Assembly (NCBI GenBank): GCA_963695545.1
Contig: OY968796.1
Span: forward strand, 2,400,001-2,464,000
From: Terriglobia bacterium
Lineage (GTDB): Bacteria > Acidobacteriota > Terriglobia > Acidiferrales > UBA7541
Direction: 5' to 3'
Length of the DNA: 64,000 nt
Made by a program: the position numbers and the translations under genes. The notes under the pieces are model-generated. The model was not told the DNA's origin. It worked only from the letters and a program-made list of their open reading frames with translations, and did no database searches. This document shows, piece after piece, positions 50,689-59,782 of this stretch (position 1 is the stretch's first letter; every line of letters starts with the position of its first letter).

Positions 50689-53262
50689 TCAGCGCACTTC
50701 GATGAAGAAGCCGTCTACTCGGCGCCCGAATCCGGCGAAGTCGCCATAACTCGGGGACGTGACGTTATTGAACACGTCGTGCGGATTCTGATGATTCGTC
50801 ACGTCGACGGAAAGCACCCCGACATGCAGGATGCGGTTGTCCGGACGGCCGTGAAGCGTGAATCTACTGAGCGAGAAATCCCGATACACCTGAAAATCGA
50901 GCGAGAAGTAGTACGGGAAGCGCAGGGAGTTGGGCGTTCCCACATAATTTTGAAGAGCGTCGACCGAGGAATACGGCAACCCCGTGTGCACGTCCAGTAC
51001 CGGACAGATGGTCATCTTGAACGGCAACGCAAACGATCCAGTCGCCACCAGGCGATTGGGAACGTCCGATGGCGAAATGCCATAGGAGTTGGGGCGGATA
51101 ACCGGCTGCTCGAATGGCACGAAGATGTTCGAGAGCAGATTCAAATCACTCAGGGCGCTGCTGTGGATATAGGAAATGTCCAATTCGTCGCGCTCGGTCG
51201 GTTGGAAACGCAGCGCGGCTTCGAAGGCGTGATATCGGGCGCTCCCGGAGTACGCTAAACCCAGAAGTGACGGTCCACCGGAAGAGCCGGTGACGTCAGG
51301 CATCGGACTGACGATCGGGAGATCAGCGGTCGCACTCTGGAGATAGTTGACGCGAATTTGCAGGTTGCGCCGCAGCTCGTGGTCAAGTTCAACATTCCAG
51401 GTAACGTTGCGTGAGGCCGCGTCGAGGTCGTCGGTGGCGACGGCAAATCCACCGCCGGAGGTTTTTCGCAGATTGACGTTCTCGAAGCTGATCGGAGTGC
51501 CCGTCAATTCACCGTTCGCATCGTAGTAGCTGATCACCCTGGTGAGGTTATCGGTGAAATCCGTGGCCAGCATCGGAACGCGATCGAAGAAGACGCCGGC
51601 CCCGGCATGAATCACGGTTTTCTGTCTCTTATCGGGAGAGAAGGACAGCCCGAGGCGCGGTGCGAACGCCGCGCCTCGGCCCGCGACCTGGCTATCCAGC
51701 CGCGCGCCGAGGTCGGCTGTCACGCGGCCGCCGATCCCCCAACGATCCTCGATAAATTCGGCGACTTCGGTATCCGTGCCGCGCGTCAGCCCGGAGCCCT
51801 GGAAATTGATTTCCTCCGCGAGCGACCCATCCTCTCGAAGCATCTGAACAGGGTGGGAATGCGTAGTGCCGTCATACGCTCGACGCGATATCGCAACGCC
51901 CTGCGTAAACTCGTGATGACCGTGCCAGTTTTTCAAGGGAATCCGCAACGATGGCAACACCTGAAGCTGGTCCGTATTTCGGACCCAGGAGTTGAAATAA
52001 TTCCCGCTCCATCCCTCCGGCGTGATGAGCATGTCCGCGAGGCCCTGGCCGGCGGCGTTGGTGTTGAGGCGCGTGTATTGAATGACGGTGCGCGCCAACA
52101 TCCCAGAGGCGAACTGGTAGCTGTCTGATACGCCCGCAGAGAACCCATGCTGGCCATCGTTCGACGACGCCGTTTGGGGCACGAGCGCACCGATGCCGGC
52201 AAACTGCACGTGCTGGGAGAAGAGGTTCAAATTCAAATTCATGACGTGCCGCGAAGACAAAATTGCCTCAATGCTGGTTCTGGCGCCGGCGCCCTGTGTG
52301 ACCGTTTCGTTGTAGGGCCACGGAAGTCCGCGGACGGGCGGCCTCGTGAATGTGTAAGTGATCGCCTCCGAAAAATGAAGTTTCCCCTTCCAAAGCGGAC
52401 CGGTCAGGTAAAGCCGCGGCTCCTCGTCCTGAACACCGACGACGTGGTCGTTCTTTCCGCGGAAACCGGGAAGAAAGTTATTCAGGCCGAACTGCCAATG
52501 ATCTGCCGGCGCTTTCGTTTGGATCTCGGTCAATCCTCCGGAGAACCCGCCGAACTGGGAATCATAGGGAGCCTCCAGCACGGATAGCGTCTGGATGGCG
52601 TCGACGGAAATCGGAATGGAAAAATTTCCGGTCACCGGCTCGACATTCTCGGCGGAGTCGACCAACAACATTCCCTCGCTTTCGGGTGTCCCCTTTATGT
52701 TGAGCGTGCCATTCTGCGTTCGGACAACGCTGGGAACCAGGGGAAGGGCCGAGGTAACGCTCGGTTGTGGGAGGGGCAGGTTCACGATTTGTTGGCTGGT
52801 GACCGTGGTGGCAGTGCTCGCGTTCTCTGTGGCGATCGAGCTTGCCGTTTCTCGGACGACTGCCGTTTGAGACGTAGCGGCGAGACGCAGGCTGACATCG
52901 CGCGTCAGAATCGCGCCCTGCGTCAGGTCCACTGTCACGGTAAGAGTTTGAAAACCGGCCAGGCTTACTTCCAGCGTGTAGGTGTCACTGGGCAACCCGG
53001 CAAATCGATAGGCGCCGTCTTCGTCCGTGATCGTGGACCATCCGGGAACTCCCGCGTTCGCGGAGCTTAACCGTACCGTGGCGCCTGATAGCGGTGAAGA
53101 CTTCCCGGGATTCTCCTGGAGCGATACGCTGCCTTGGATAGAGCCGGCGTTGGATGGAGCCGCACCGCGCGCGCTTTGCGCCACGGCGCCGACGGGCGCG
53201 AGAACAATCAAAGCCGGAAGGATCAGACCGAGAGCGTCGCGTGTGTGTCCGCGAAGATTCAT
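50689..53262 (-). CDS. TonB-dependent receptor-like outer membrane protein
   Basis: Signal peptide, carboxypeptidase-like N-domain (TDEDGAYRF), YDSQFGGFSGG plug, EDRW..DLGARLD and APRLG motifs. Confidence 0.88.
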   Translation of the reverse strand: MNLRGHTRDALGLILPALIVLAPVGAVAQSARGAAPSNAGSIQGSVSLQENPGKSSPLSGATVRLSSANAGVPGWSTITDEDGAYRFAGLPSDTYTLEVSLAGFQTLTVTVDLTQGAILTRDVSLRLAATSQTAVVRETASSIATENASTATTVTSQQIVNLPLPQPSVTSALPLVPSVVRTQNGTLNIKGTPESEGMLLVDSAENVEPVTGNFSIPISVDAIQTLSVLEAPYDSQFGGFSGGLTEIQTKAPADHWQFGLNNFLPGFRGKNDHVVGVQDEEPRLYLTGPLWKGKLHFSEAITYTFTRPPVRGLPWPYNETVTQGAGARTSIEAILSSRHVMNLNLNLFSQHVQFAGIGALVPQTASSNDGQHGFSAGVSDSYQFASGMLARTVIQYTRLNTNAAGQGLADMLITPEGWSGNYFNSWVRNTDQLQVLPSLRIPLKNWHGHHEFTQGVAISRRAYDGTTHSHPVQMLREDGSLAEEINFQGSGLTRGTDTEVAEFIEDRWGIGGRVTADLGARLDSQVAGRGAAFAPRLGLSFSPDKRQKTVIHAGAGVFFDRVPMLATDFTDNLTRVISYYDANGELTGTPISFENVNLRKTSGGGFAVATDDLDAASRNVTWNVELDHELRRNLQIRVNYLQSATADLPIVSPMPDVTGSSGGPSLLGLAYSGSARYHAFEAALRFQPTERDELDISYIHSSALSDLNLLSNIFVPFEQPVIRPNSYGISPSDVPNRLVATGSFALPFKMTICPVLDVHTGLPYSSVDALQNYVGTPNSLRFPYYFSLDFQVYRDFSLSRFTLHGRPDNRILHVGVLSVDVTNHQNPHDVFNNVTSPSYGDFAGFGRRVDGFFIEVR

Positions 53263-53312
53263 AGGAAGGTGCAGTGTATCCGGAACGAAACCAGGATCGT
53301 ATAGATAAGAGG

Positions 53313-53615
53313 TTATCTCAGCGGCTCAATGCCCTCGCATATTTCTTCCGGCATGTTCCATCTCGAGAGGGCGACGACCTGGACGGTCCGGGAGTTCGGG
53401 CTTCCGCCGGGCGCCAGGGTCATTTCTGCTTCCACCAGGTCAGTTCGACGCAGATGGGAACGTCGTTCTTCACAGCCCTGGCCAGGAGTTCCGGCGGATC
53501 GATCTTGAAATCGGCGTGCGTTGCGAGCCGTGTCCGCCTGATACTCGGCTTCCGATGTCGCCCGCTCCAGGAAACCTTGGCTTGCTAGGTCATCTTCGAC
53601 TATTCGTAACCGCAT
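53313..53615 (-). pseudogene. Possible decayed response-regulator receiver fragment
   Basis: MRLRIVEDDLASQGFLERATSEAEYQADTA resembles a receiver N-terminus and has a GGAGG RBS; the rest does not resemble a receiver domain. Confidence 0.4.
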
Positions 53616-53695
53616 GAGCCTCCCCCTCGCAGGGACTCTACACCCGAACCTGGAATCTTTGTAACCGCTCAAGCGTTGGAATAACAGCGACGCAG

Positions 53696-53729
53696 CCAAC
53701 TACTGATTAGCGCGCTATTCGCACTTGCC
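53696..53729 (-). repeat. Degenerate dif-like site
   Basis: Reverse complement ggcaagtgcgaata-gcgcgc-taatcagtagttgg; the right arm matches 18770-18783 at 13/14. Confidence 0.55.
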
Positions 53730-54030
53730 TAGCGCCGCGGCGCAGCCCGCTTCCTCTCTGATTCTTAAGTTCGCACGAGCTCACTCCCGGTCCTCCAACC
53801 GCCGAGTAACACCGAGCGCACCTCAGTTTGGGCATGCGCGGCCCCCGGCGACGAGTTTTCGAACAGTATACCCACAAAATAATATTGACATCCGCCAACA
53901 GTTATGCTAAAAGGTGGTGTGAAGACCGAACATCTTTTCGAATTGCCCCGTCCCCCTCCCGGATGCCGCTCCGGGGAGGTACCCAGCGCCTACTCCCGTC
54001 CCATCCCGCCGTCCCAGTCACGCAAATCTT

Positions 54031-54204
54031 CGCACTCATTTGCACCAAACCCACCCTCCAACCCCTTCATTTCCAGCACCTTGCAAAAGAGTGCGCAACT
54101 CATTGAAACCACTCAACATTAAGTCACTCTGTTTTCACACTCATCCGCACTCTTCTCCTGCAAGTCCTTTGTTTCCAGCTATTTCGCAAAACATACCGGG
54201 GGTG
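54031..54204. repeat. Degenerate intergenic repeat tract
   Basis: Three related units at 54059, 54120 and 54161 plus the inverted pair aagagtgcg/cgcactctt. Confidence 0.5.
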
Positions 54205-54237
54205 TATATACGCAAGAGCTATAATATCGACCGGGCC

Positions 54238-56016
54238 ATGCTCCGAGCGCTTGAAATCGTAACCCAAGAAATCACCGTGCGCGGCGGCTGCGGGATATCC
54301 CTTTCAGTCGAAGTCCGGGCTGCGCGCCGCTTCGCAATTGCCTCGGGCGCCGCGATGGCTTGTGCGCTACTCGTCTCGTGCAGCGGCGGTGGCGGAACGT
54401 ACTCCGCTCCGCCCGCGCCACCTCCCCCCGCATCGATCATTCAGAGTTTCAGCGCCTCTCCAGCGACCATCACCGCTGGCCAAAGCTCCACGCTCTCCTG
54501 GACTCTCAGCGGCGCAACGTCATTCAGCCTCTCCGGCGTCACCGCCACGCCCGCAAATTCCATCACCGTCACGCCCGCCGCCACCACAACCTATACGCTC
54601 ACCGCAATCGGCCCGAGCGGCACTTTCATGCAGCCCGTCACCGTCGAAGTCACATCGGCAACCCCAATCGGTTCCGCGCAAGTTTCCACGCTCCAGCCCG
54701 GCACGGCCATCTCGCCCACTTTCCTCGGTTTTTCCCACGAATGGACCGGCGCTCCGACCCTGATGGGCTCGCCCGCCACCGGCACGAACCCCATTTATCG
54801 CCAGCTTGTAAAAAATCTATTGGCCTACGGCGGCGGACCGCTGATCGTGCGCATCGGCGGCAACAGCACGGACGAAACCGGCGCACCCGTCGCCGGCGTC
54901 GTCGCGCCCGAAGCGCAGCTTGCCACCGACATCGGCGCTAAATTCACGCTCGGCGTGAATCTAGGCTCCGACAACGTGCAACTCGCCACCAATCAAGCCG
55001 CAGCCTACATCCCCGCGATGCCTTCCGGCTCGCTGCTCGCCATCGAAATCGGAAACGAGCCGGATCTCTACGCCGGCAATGGCGATCGCGCCGCCACATA
55101 CACCGTCGCCAATTATTTCCAGGATTTCGCCACCTGGCGCGCCGCGATCGAACCGCTGCTGCCTGCGGGTGCGGGCCTCATGGGCCCGTCCTGGGCGTCC
55201 ACCAGCACGCTCACGAATTTGTCCACGTTTCTTTCGCAGGAATCGCAATACCTCGCGATCGTCAGCCAGCACTATTACGCCGGCACTTCCTGCAGCGGCA
55301 AAACCAATCCTCCGGATTTTCTCCTCGGCGCGTCGGAATCAACCTCCGGCCCCAAAGACGTCGCCTCCTACGTGCCTCTCGCGCACGCTGACAATCTTCC
55401 GTTTCGCATGGGCGAAATGAATTCCATTTCCTGCGGCGGCGAAACCGGCGTCAGCGACACCTTCGCCTCCGCGCTCTGGTCTGCCGACATCATGTTCGGC
55501 TTCGCGAGCGTCGGCGTCGACGGCGTGAATTTTCACAACGGCAACGGCGGCGCCTACGCCCTGTTTCAATTCAATATCAATACGGCCACCACGCCGTACA
55601 CCTACTCGATCGAATCCATTCGCCCCGAATATTACGGCCTGCTTTTCTTCCAGCAAGCCACGGCCCACGGCTCAAAGCTTCTTCCCGGCACGCTCACCAC
55701 TGCAGCAAACCTGAAAGTCTGGGCCACGCTGGACGACACCGGAAACGTTCGCGTCGCGCTCATCAACAAAGACGAAACCGCCACCGGCGTTGTGACCATC
55801 ACGCTCAGCGGCTACGGAAACGCCACGGTCACGCGTCTTCTCGCGCCGACCTATCAATCAACTTCCGGCATCACTCTCGGCGGCCAGACCTTCGACGGCA
55901 GCACCGACGGCACAGCGCAGGGCACCGCCTACGGTGAAATCGTCGCCCCGCAAAACGGAATTTACACCGTAGCCATCGGCCCGACGAGCGCCGCTCTCGT
56001 CACCGTGAGTCCGTAG
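54238..56016 (+). CDS. GH79-like (beta-glucuronidase/heparanase-like) lipoprotein with Ig-like N-domain
   Basis: Lipobox-like LLVSC, Pro-rich linker, FLGFSHE, RIGGNSTD, EIGNEPD, GEMNS and GVSDTFASALW motifs; start uncertain. Confidence 0.85.
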   Translation: MLRALEIVTQEITVRGGCGISLSVEVRAARRFAIASGAAMACALLVSCSGGGGTYSAPPAPPPPASIIQSFSASPATITAGQSSTLSWTLSGATSFSLSGVTATPANSITVTPAATTTYTLTAIGPSGTFMQPVTVEVTSATPIGSAQVSTLQPGTAISPTFLGFSHEWTGAPTLMGSPATGTNPIYRQLVKNLLAYGGGPLIVRIGGNSTDETGAPVAGVVAPEAQLATDIGAKFTLGVNLGSDNVQLATNQAAAYIPAMPSGSLLAIEIGNEPDLYAGNGDRAATYTVANYFQDFATWRAAIEPLLPAGAGLMGPSWASTSTLTNLSTFLSQESQYLAIVSQHYYAGTSCSGKTNPPDFLLGASESTSGPKDVASYVPLAHADNLPFRMGEMNSISCGGETGVSDTFASALWSADIMFGFASVGVDGVNFHNGNGGAYALFQFNINTATTPYTYSIESIRPEYYGLLFFQQATAHGSKLLPGTLTTAANLKVWATLDDTGNVRVALINKDETATGVVTITLSGYGNATVTRLLAPTYQSTSGITLGGQTFDGSTDGTAQGTAYGEIVAPQNGIYTVAIGPTSAALVTVSP

Positions 56017-56067
56017 CCGTTGTCGCAAAGAAGGGTAGAAGAGGAAAGAACGATGCAGTCGCCAAGC

Positions 56068-57204
56068 TTATTGCCGCGCGAACAGATAGTGCGACACTCC
56101 CCATTCCTCGCCGCCCGCGTAGCCCCACAATTCTTCGCAGGCGAAAAAGAAAATTCTCCAACGCTCAAGCCATCGCCGAGCCTCGCGCTGCCGCGCAGCG
56201 CCCGCAAGTCCGCGTCCGTACGTTTCCGCGAACACGTCCAGCACTTCGTCGCGATGCGCGTCCAGATTCCGCCGCCAGATGTCGGCGGTTTTTTCGTAGT
56301 GCTTGCCGCTAACGCGCCATTGCCGCAGCAATTGCACGTCGCGCTGAAAATAAAGCAGGAGATCTTCGCTCGGCATCATCCCGCCGGTGAAAAAATGCTC
56401 GGACATCCAGTCCGAAGAATCCCGCGCCTCGAACAGATACGCAAACCGCCGGTGCGTGAACACGTGCACGAACAATCGCGCGTCGTCCGCCATCCACGCC
56501 GCCACGCGCTGCAACAGCAGCTCCAGATTTCTCGTGTGCTCGAACATCTCCACCGACACCACGCGGTCAAACTTTCCGTTGGCGGCAATTTCCGCCAGCG
56601 GCTCGAAGCGATTGATGTCTTCCGTCACGATCCGCACGTTGCTCAATCCTTGCTGCCTCGCGCGCGCCTCAATGAACTCTCTCTGCGAACGCGAATTCGA
56701 GACGCCCAGAATTTCGCAGCGCGGAAACTGCCGCGCGAGATACAGCGAAAGCGATCCCCATCCGCAGCCCAACTCCAGGATCCGTTGACCCTCCGCGATC
56801 TCCGCGCGCCGCGCCGTTTCCGCAAGCATGTTTTCTTCCGCGTCGTCGAGCGAGCGCGTCCCGCGCTCCCACAGCGCGCAGCTGTATTTCATCTGCCGCC
56901 CCAACACCAGCTCGAAAAATCGCGCCGGCACTTCGTAATGCTGCGCGTTGGCCGAGGCCGTTTCGACCGCGATCGGACTGCGTCTCAATCGTTCGACGAG
57001 CGCGAGCTTTCGCTCCAGATTGCGCTCGCCGTCGCCCGCATCTTCCTGCACGAGGCGCGCAGCCAGCAGCCTGCGAATCCCGATGCGCAGCAGCGCGTCC
57101 GGCACCAAGCCGCTCTCCGCCACGCGAGAAAGCCTCGAGCGCGGCGCAGCAGTCGCGCTTACGTGCGCTGCGGCGGCGATTGGATCGGAGCTCGCGGTGT
57201 TCAC
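56068..57204 (-). CDS. CFA-synthase-family SAM methyltransferase (coclaurine-NMT-like)
   Basis: [22 protein letters not shown] and VSVEMFEH motifs; GTG 57204 overlaps the upstream stop. Confidence 0.9.
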   Translation of the reverse strand: MNTASSDPIAAAAHVSATAAPRSRLSRVAESGLVPDALLRIGIRRLLAARLVQEDAGDGERNLERKLALVERLRRSPIAVETASANAQHYEVPARFFELVLGRQMKYSCALWERGTRSLDDAEENMLAETARRAEIAEGQRILELGCGWGSLSLYLARQFPRCEILGVSNSRSQREFIEARARQQGLSNVRIVTEDINRFEPLAEIAANGKFDRVVSVEMFEHTRNLELLLQRVAAWMADDARLFVHVFTHRRFAYLFEARDSSDWMSEHFFTGGMMPSEDLLLYFQRDVQLLRQWRVSGKHYEKTADIWRRNLDAHRDEVLDVFAETYGRGLAGAARQREARRWLERWRIFFFACEELWGYAGGEEWGVSHYLFARQ

Positions 57205-58031
57205 AGCGGATCTCTTTGGAGTTCCTCTTGCGACTTCTTGTGAAACCACGGCACGAAGGCGCTGGTGGTCTCCTGATACTGGCGGTACGCTTCGCCGCGG
57301 CTGCGAAGCGCCTGCTCCTCCGTGGCCGGTATGCCCGTCACGCGAAACAAGAAATAGAACATCAGCACCGGACCAATCAGTCCCACGTAACCTCCCGGCG
57401 ACGGCAACGCGAACAGCGCCCACGCCACCCACACCAGCCACTCAAAGAAATAATTGGGATGCCGCGAATAATTCCACAGCCCCACTTGGCACACTTTGCC
57501 TTTGTTCGCCGCTATGCGTTTGAACCGCGCCAGTTGCACGTCCGCCACGGTTTCACCGAACACCCCGCAAAACCAGATCGCGACCGCCACATAGCACAGC
57601 GGCGAAACGCGCGGCGAAGGATCGAGCGCCACCGCGAAGAATCCCAGCGACAACACCACGTCGAGCAGCGCCTGCAACTCGAAGAACGCCAAAAATTTCA
57701 AGGGGATCAGCGTCTTCCACTCGCGCCGCATCTGCGCGTAGCGCGGATCCTCCGGTCCTGCCTCCATGCGAATCAGAATATGCAGCCCCAGGCGCACTCC
57801 CCAGAGCGTCACCATGCAAACCAATCCCCACGTGTGAATTCCCGCGGCGGTGATCGGCGAGTGCACCACAGCCAAGCCCGTCAGCAGGATCAGCCCCAGC
57901 GTCCAGCCCACGTCCACAATTCCGGCGTTGCGCGTAACCAGAGAGAGAAGCCACAGCAGGAACATCAGCGCCGCGACCAGCCCCGTGCCGATCACAATCA
58001 GATGAATCGCCAAAGCCAGCGTCGGCGTCAT
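57201..58031 (-). CDS. DUF1295 membrane protein (steroid-reductase-like)
   Basis: [19 protein letters not shown] and [15 protein letters not shown] motifs. Confidence 0.9.
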   Translation of the reverse strand: MTPTLALAIHLIVIGTGLVAALMFLLWLLSLVTRNAGIVDVGWTLGLILLTGLAVVHSPITAAGIHTWGLVCMVTLWGVRLGLHILIRMEAGPEDPRYAQMRREWKTLIPLKFLAFFELQALLDVVLSLGFFAVALDPSPRVSPLCYVAVAIWFCGVFGETVADVQLARFKRIAANKGKVCQVGLWNYSRHPNYFFEWLVWVAWALFALPSPGGYVGLIGPVLMFYFLFRVTGIPATEEQALRSRGEAYRQYQETTSAFVPWFHKKSQEELQRDPL

Positions 58032-58585
58032 GGTTTTCCCGTTCCGTCAAGCGAGGATGCAATCGCCGACGTCGTTTCCGCGGGCGCGCTCGCGCCGTGC
58101 GCATCGCGGGAACGCTTGAGCGCGCCCAATCCGCTTCCCAGCCGCCGCACCGCCGGACGCAAAACCGCGTTGAGCAATAAGATCATCGGCACCGCCACAA
58201 TCAGCCACGCGACGATAGCATGCAGCGTCGCAATCCACAGCACGCGAATCGCGCCCCACGCGCTCACGCGGATCATCGCGAAAATGTCCGCGAGCTTGAA
58301 TGGCAGCGGCGGCTCACGAAATAAAATTCGCCCGGCGCGCAACAGCGGCACCAGCAGCGCCAACTGCAATGGATATACGAAGTAGTTCACGATTTGGATC
58401 GCGGGGAAATTCAGGCCGAACAAAAACGCCGCCAGCGTGCACAAAATCGTCGTCGAGCCGAGCACCGGAAACGTTCCGAGAACCATGCCGAACGCCAGGC
58501 TCAACGCGATCTTCTCCGGCGTAATCCCCATGCGCAGAAGTTGCACAAGCGGTTGCACCAACCGGCGCTGGAAAAATCCGCGCAT
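58028..58585 (-). CDS. DUF2062-like membrane protein
   Basis: GITPEKIALS..G...G.FPVLGSTT and LN.PAIQIVN motifs. Confidence 0.8.
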   Translation of the reverse strand: MRGFFQRRLVQPLVQLLRMGITPEKIALSLAFGMVLGTFPVLGSTTILCTLAAFLFGLNFPAIQIVNYFVYPLQLALLVPLLRAGRILFREPPLPFKLADIFAMIRVSAWGAIRVLWIATLHAIVAWLIVAVPMILLLNAVLRPAVRRLGSGLGALKRSRDAHGASAPAETTSAIASSLDGTGKP

Positions 58586-58627
58586 AATTATTTGTCACGC
58601 ATTCTGCTCGCGCCCTCGCCACTGTAG

Positions 58628-58655
58628 ATACGGAATCGAGCGCATCATCGGATTC
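58628..58655 (-). promoter_or_regulatory. Putative ECF promoter (leftward)
   Basis: GAATCC-N17-CGTAT on the minus strand. Confidence 0.45.
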
Positions 58656-58867
58656 GCGGAATTCGCGATCGTGCAGCTTCGCATCTTCATCTTTGCGGCA
58701 TCCTATGTTTCGCTCCCTTCCATGGCAAGTAATTATCCGTCGCGCCCGCGCGGTATCGGCGTTCGCGCCGATCGTTTGCGTCCGAGAGCCCGAGCGGCTC
58801 TCGTCGGCGAGCGGTTCGCGTTGCCCATAACCGCAACTCCGACTAAGATGGCTGCCGTACTAACCCG

Positions 58868-58895
58868 CAATCCAAATTGCTCGAAATGTCGTAAT
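58868..58895 (+). promoter_or_regulatory. Putative ECF promoter (rightward)
   Basis: CAATCC-N16-CGTAAT, 17 bp before the desaturase start. Confidence 0.5.
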
Positions 58896-58912
58896 CCCAT
58901 CTAGGGGGCACT

Positions 58913-59782
58913 GTGGAAACTGCTTTGTCAAAGCCCACGTTCGGCACGGCTCCATCCGGAGGCTTCTGGAAGCGCTATCGCTATGTGAAAGCGGTGCCGT
59001 TCTTCCTGATTCACGCAAGCTGCCTGGCCGTTTTTTTCGTCACCTTTCGCTGGAAATGGGTTGCGCTGATGGCTGTGCTCTATGCCGTGCGCATGTTCGC
59101 GGTCACCGCCGGCTACCATCGCTATTTCAGCCATCGCTCGTACAAGTTGAATCGCGTCTGGCAATTCCTGTTGGCGCTCGCGGCGGAGACTTCCTGCCAG
59201 AAAGGCGTCCTGTGGTGGGCGGCGAATCATCGGCATCACCATCGCTACGCCGATCAGGAAGAGGATATTCATTCGCCCGGCCTGCACGGCATCTGGTGGT
59301 CGCACGTCGGCTGGATTCTTTCAGACGAATATGATCGCTACGACGCGCGCATGATCAAGGATTTCGGCAAATATCCCGAATTGCGCTGGCTCGACCGCTT
59401 CCACTGGGTTCCGCCCCTCGCGCTTGCGGGAATTTTGCTCGCACTCGGAGGGTGGCCGGCATTCGTGTGGGGCTTCCTGGTTTCGACCGTGCTGCTTTTT
59501 CACGGCACGTTCTGCATCAATTCGCTCTCGCATCTCTGGGGCACGCGCCGCTTCAACACACCCGATCACAGCCGCAATAATTTCACGTTGGCGGTCATCA
59601 CGCTCGGCGAAGGCTGGCACAACAATCATCACCGTCACATGTACGCCTGCCGCCAAGGCATGCGCTGGTGGGAAATTGACGTTACCTACTATGCGCTCTG
59701 GTGCCTCGGCCGGATCGGCGTCGTCCGCGAGCTGCGCGGATTCCGCCTGCCGTCCGATGCCACGCCGGAAGAGGTTGGATGA
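58913..59782 (+). CDS. Delta-9-type acyl-CoA/acyl-lipid desaturase
   Basis: His boxes HRYFSH, HRHHH and HNNHH. Confidence 0.93.
   Translation: METALSKPTFGTAPSGGFWKRYRYVKAVPFFLIHASCLAVFFVTFRWKWVALMAVLYAVRMFAVTAGYHRYFSHRSYKLNRVWQFLLALAAETSCQKGVLWWAANHRHHHRYADQEEDIHSPGLHGIWWSHVGWILSDEYDRYDARMIKDFGKYPELRWLDRFHWVPPLALAGILLALGGWPAFVWGFLVSTVLLFHGTFCINSLSHLWGTRRFNTPDHSRNNFTLAVITLGEGWHNNHHRHMYACRQGMRWWEIDVTYYALWCLGRIGVVRELRGFRLPSDATPEEVG

Noticed and set aside
44133..53729. CRISPR array or integron attC cassettes
   Set aside because: Spacing is irregular and gene-sized with alternating orientation; no cas or intI gene, and no clear attC stem architecture.
53927..53940. LexA Cheo-box-like CGAACATCTTTTCG
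   Set aside because: Single mismatched copy, no SOS gene nearby, and that box type is not expected for the inferred lineage.
54040..54237. N-terminal 66 aa of the GH79 ORF
   Set aside because: It translates the non-coding repeat tract; the lipoprotein signal lies downstream.
56020..58385. Long plus-strand ORFs (407 and 401 aa)
   Set aside because: Antisense shadows of well-supported minus-strand genes, as expected in GC-rich DNA.
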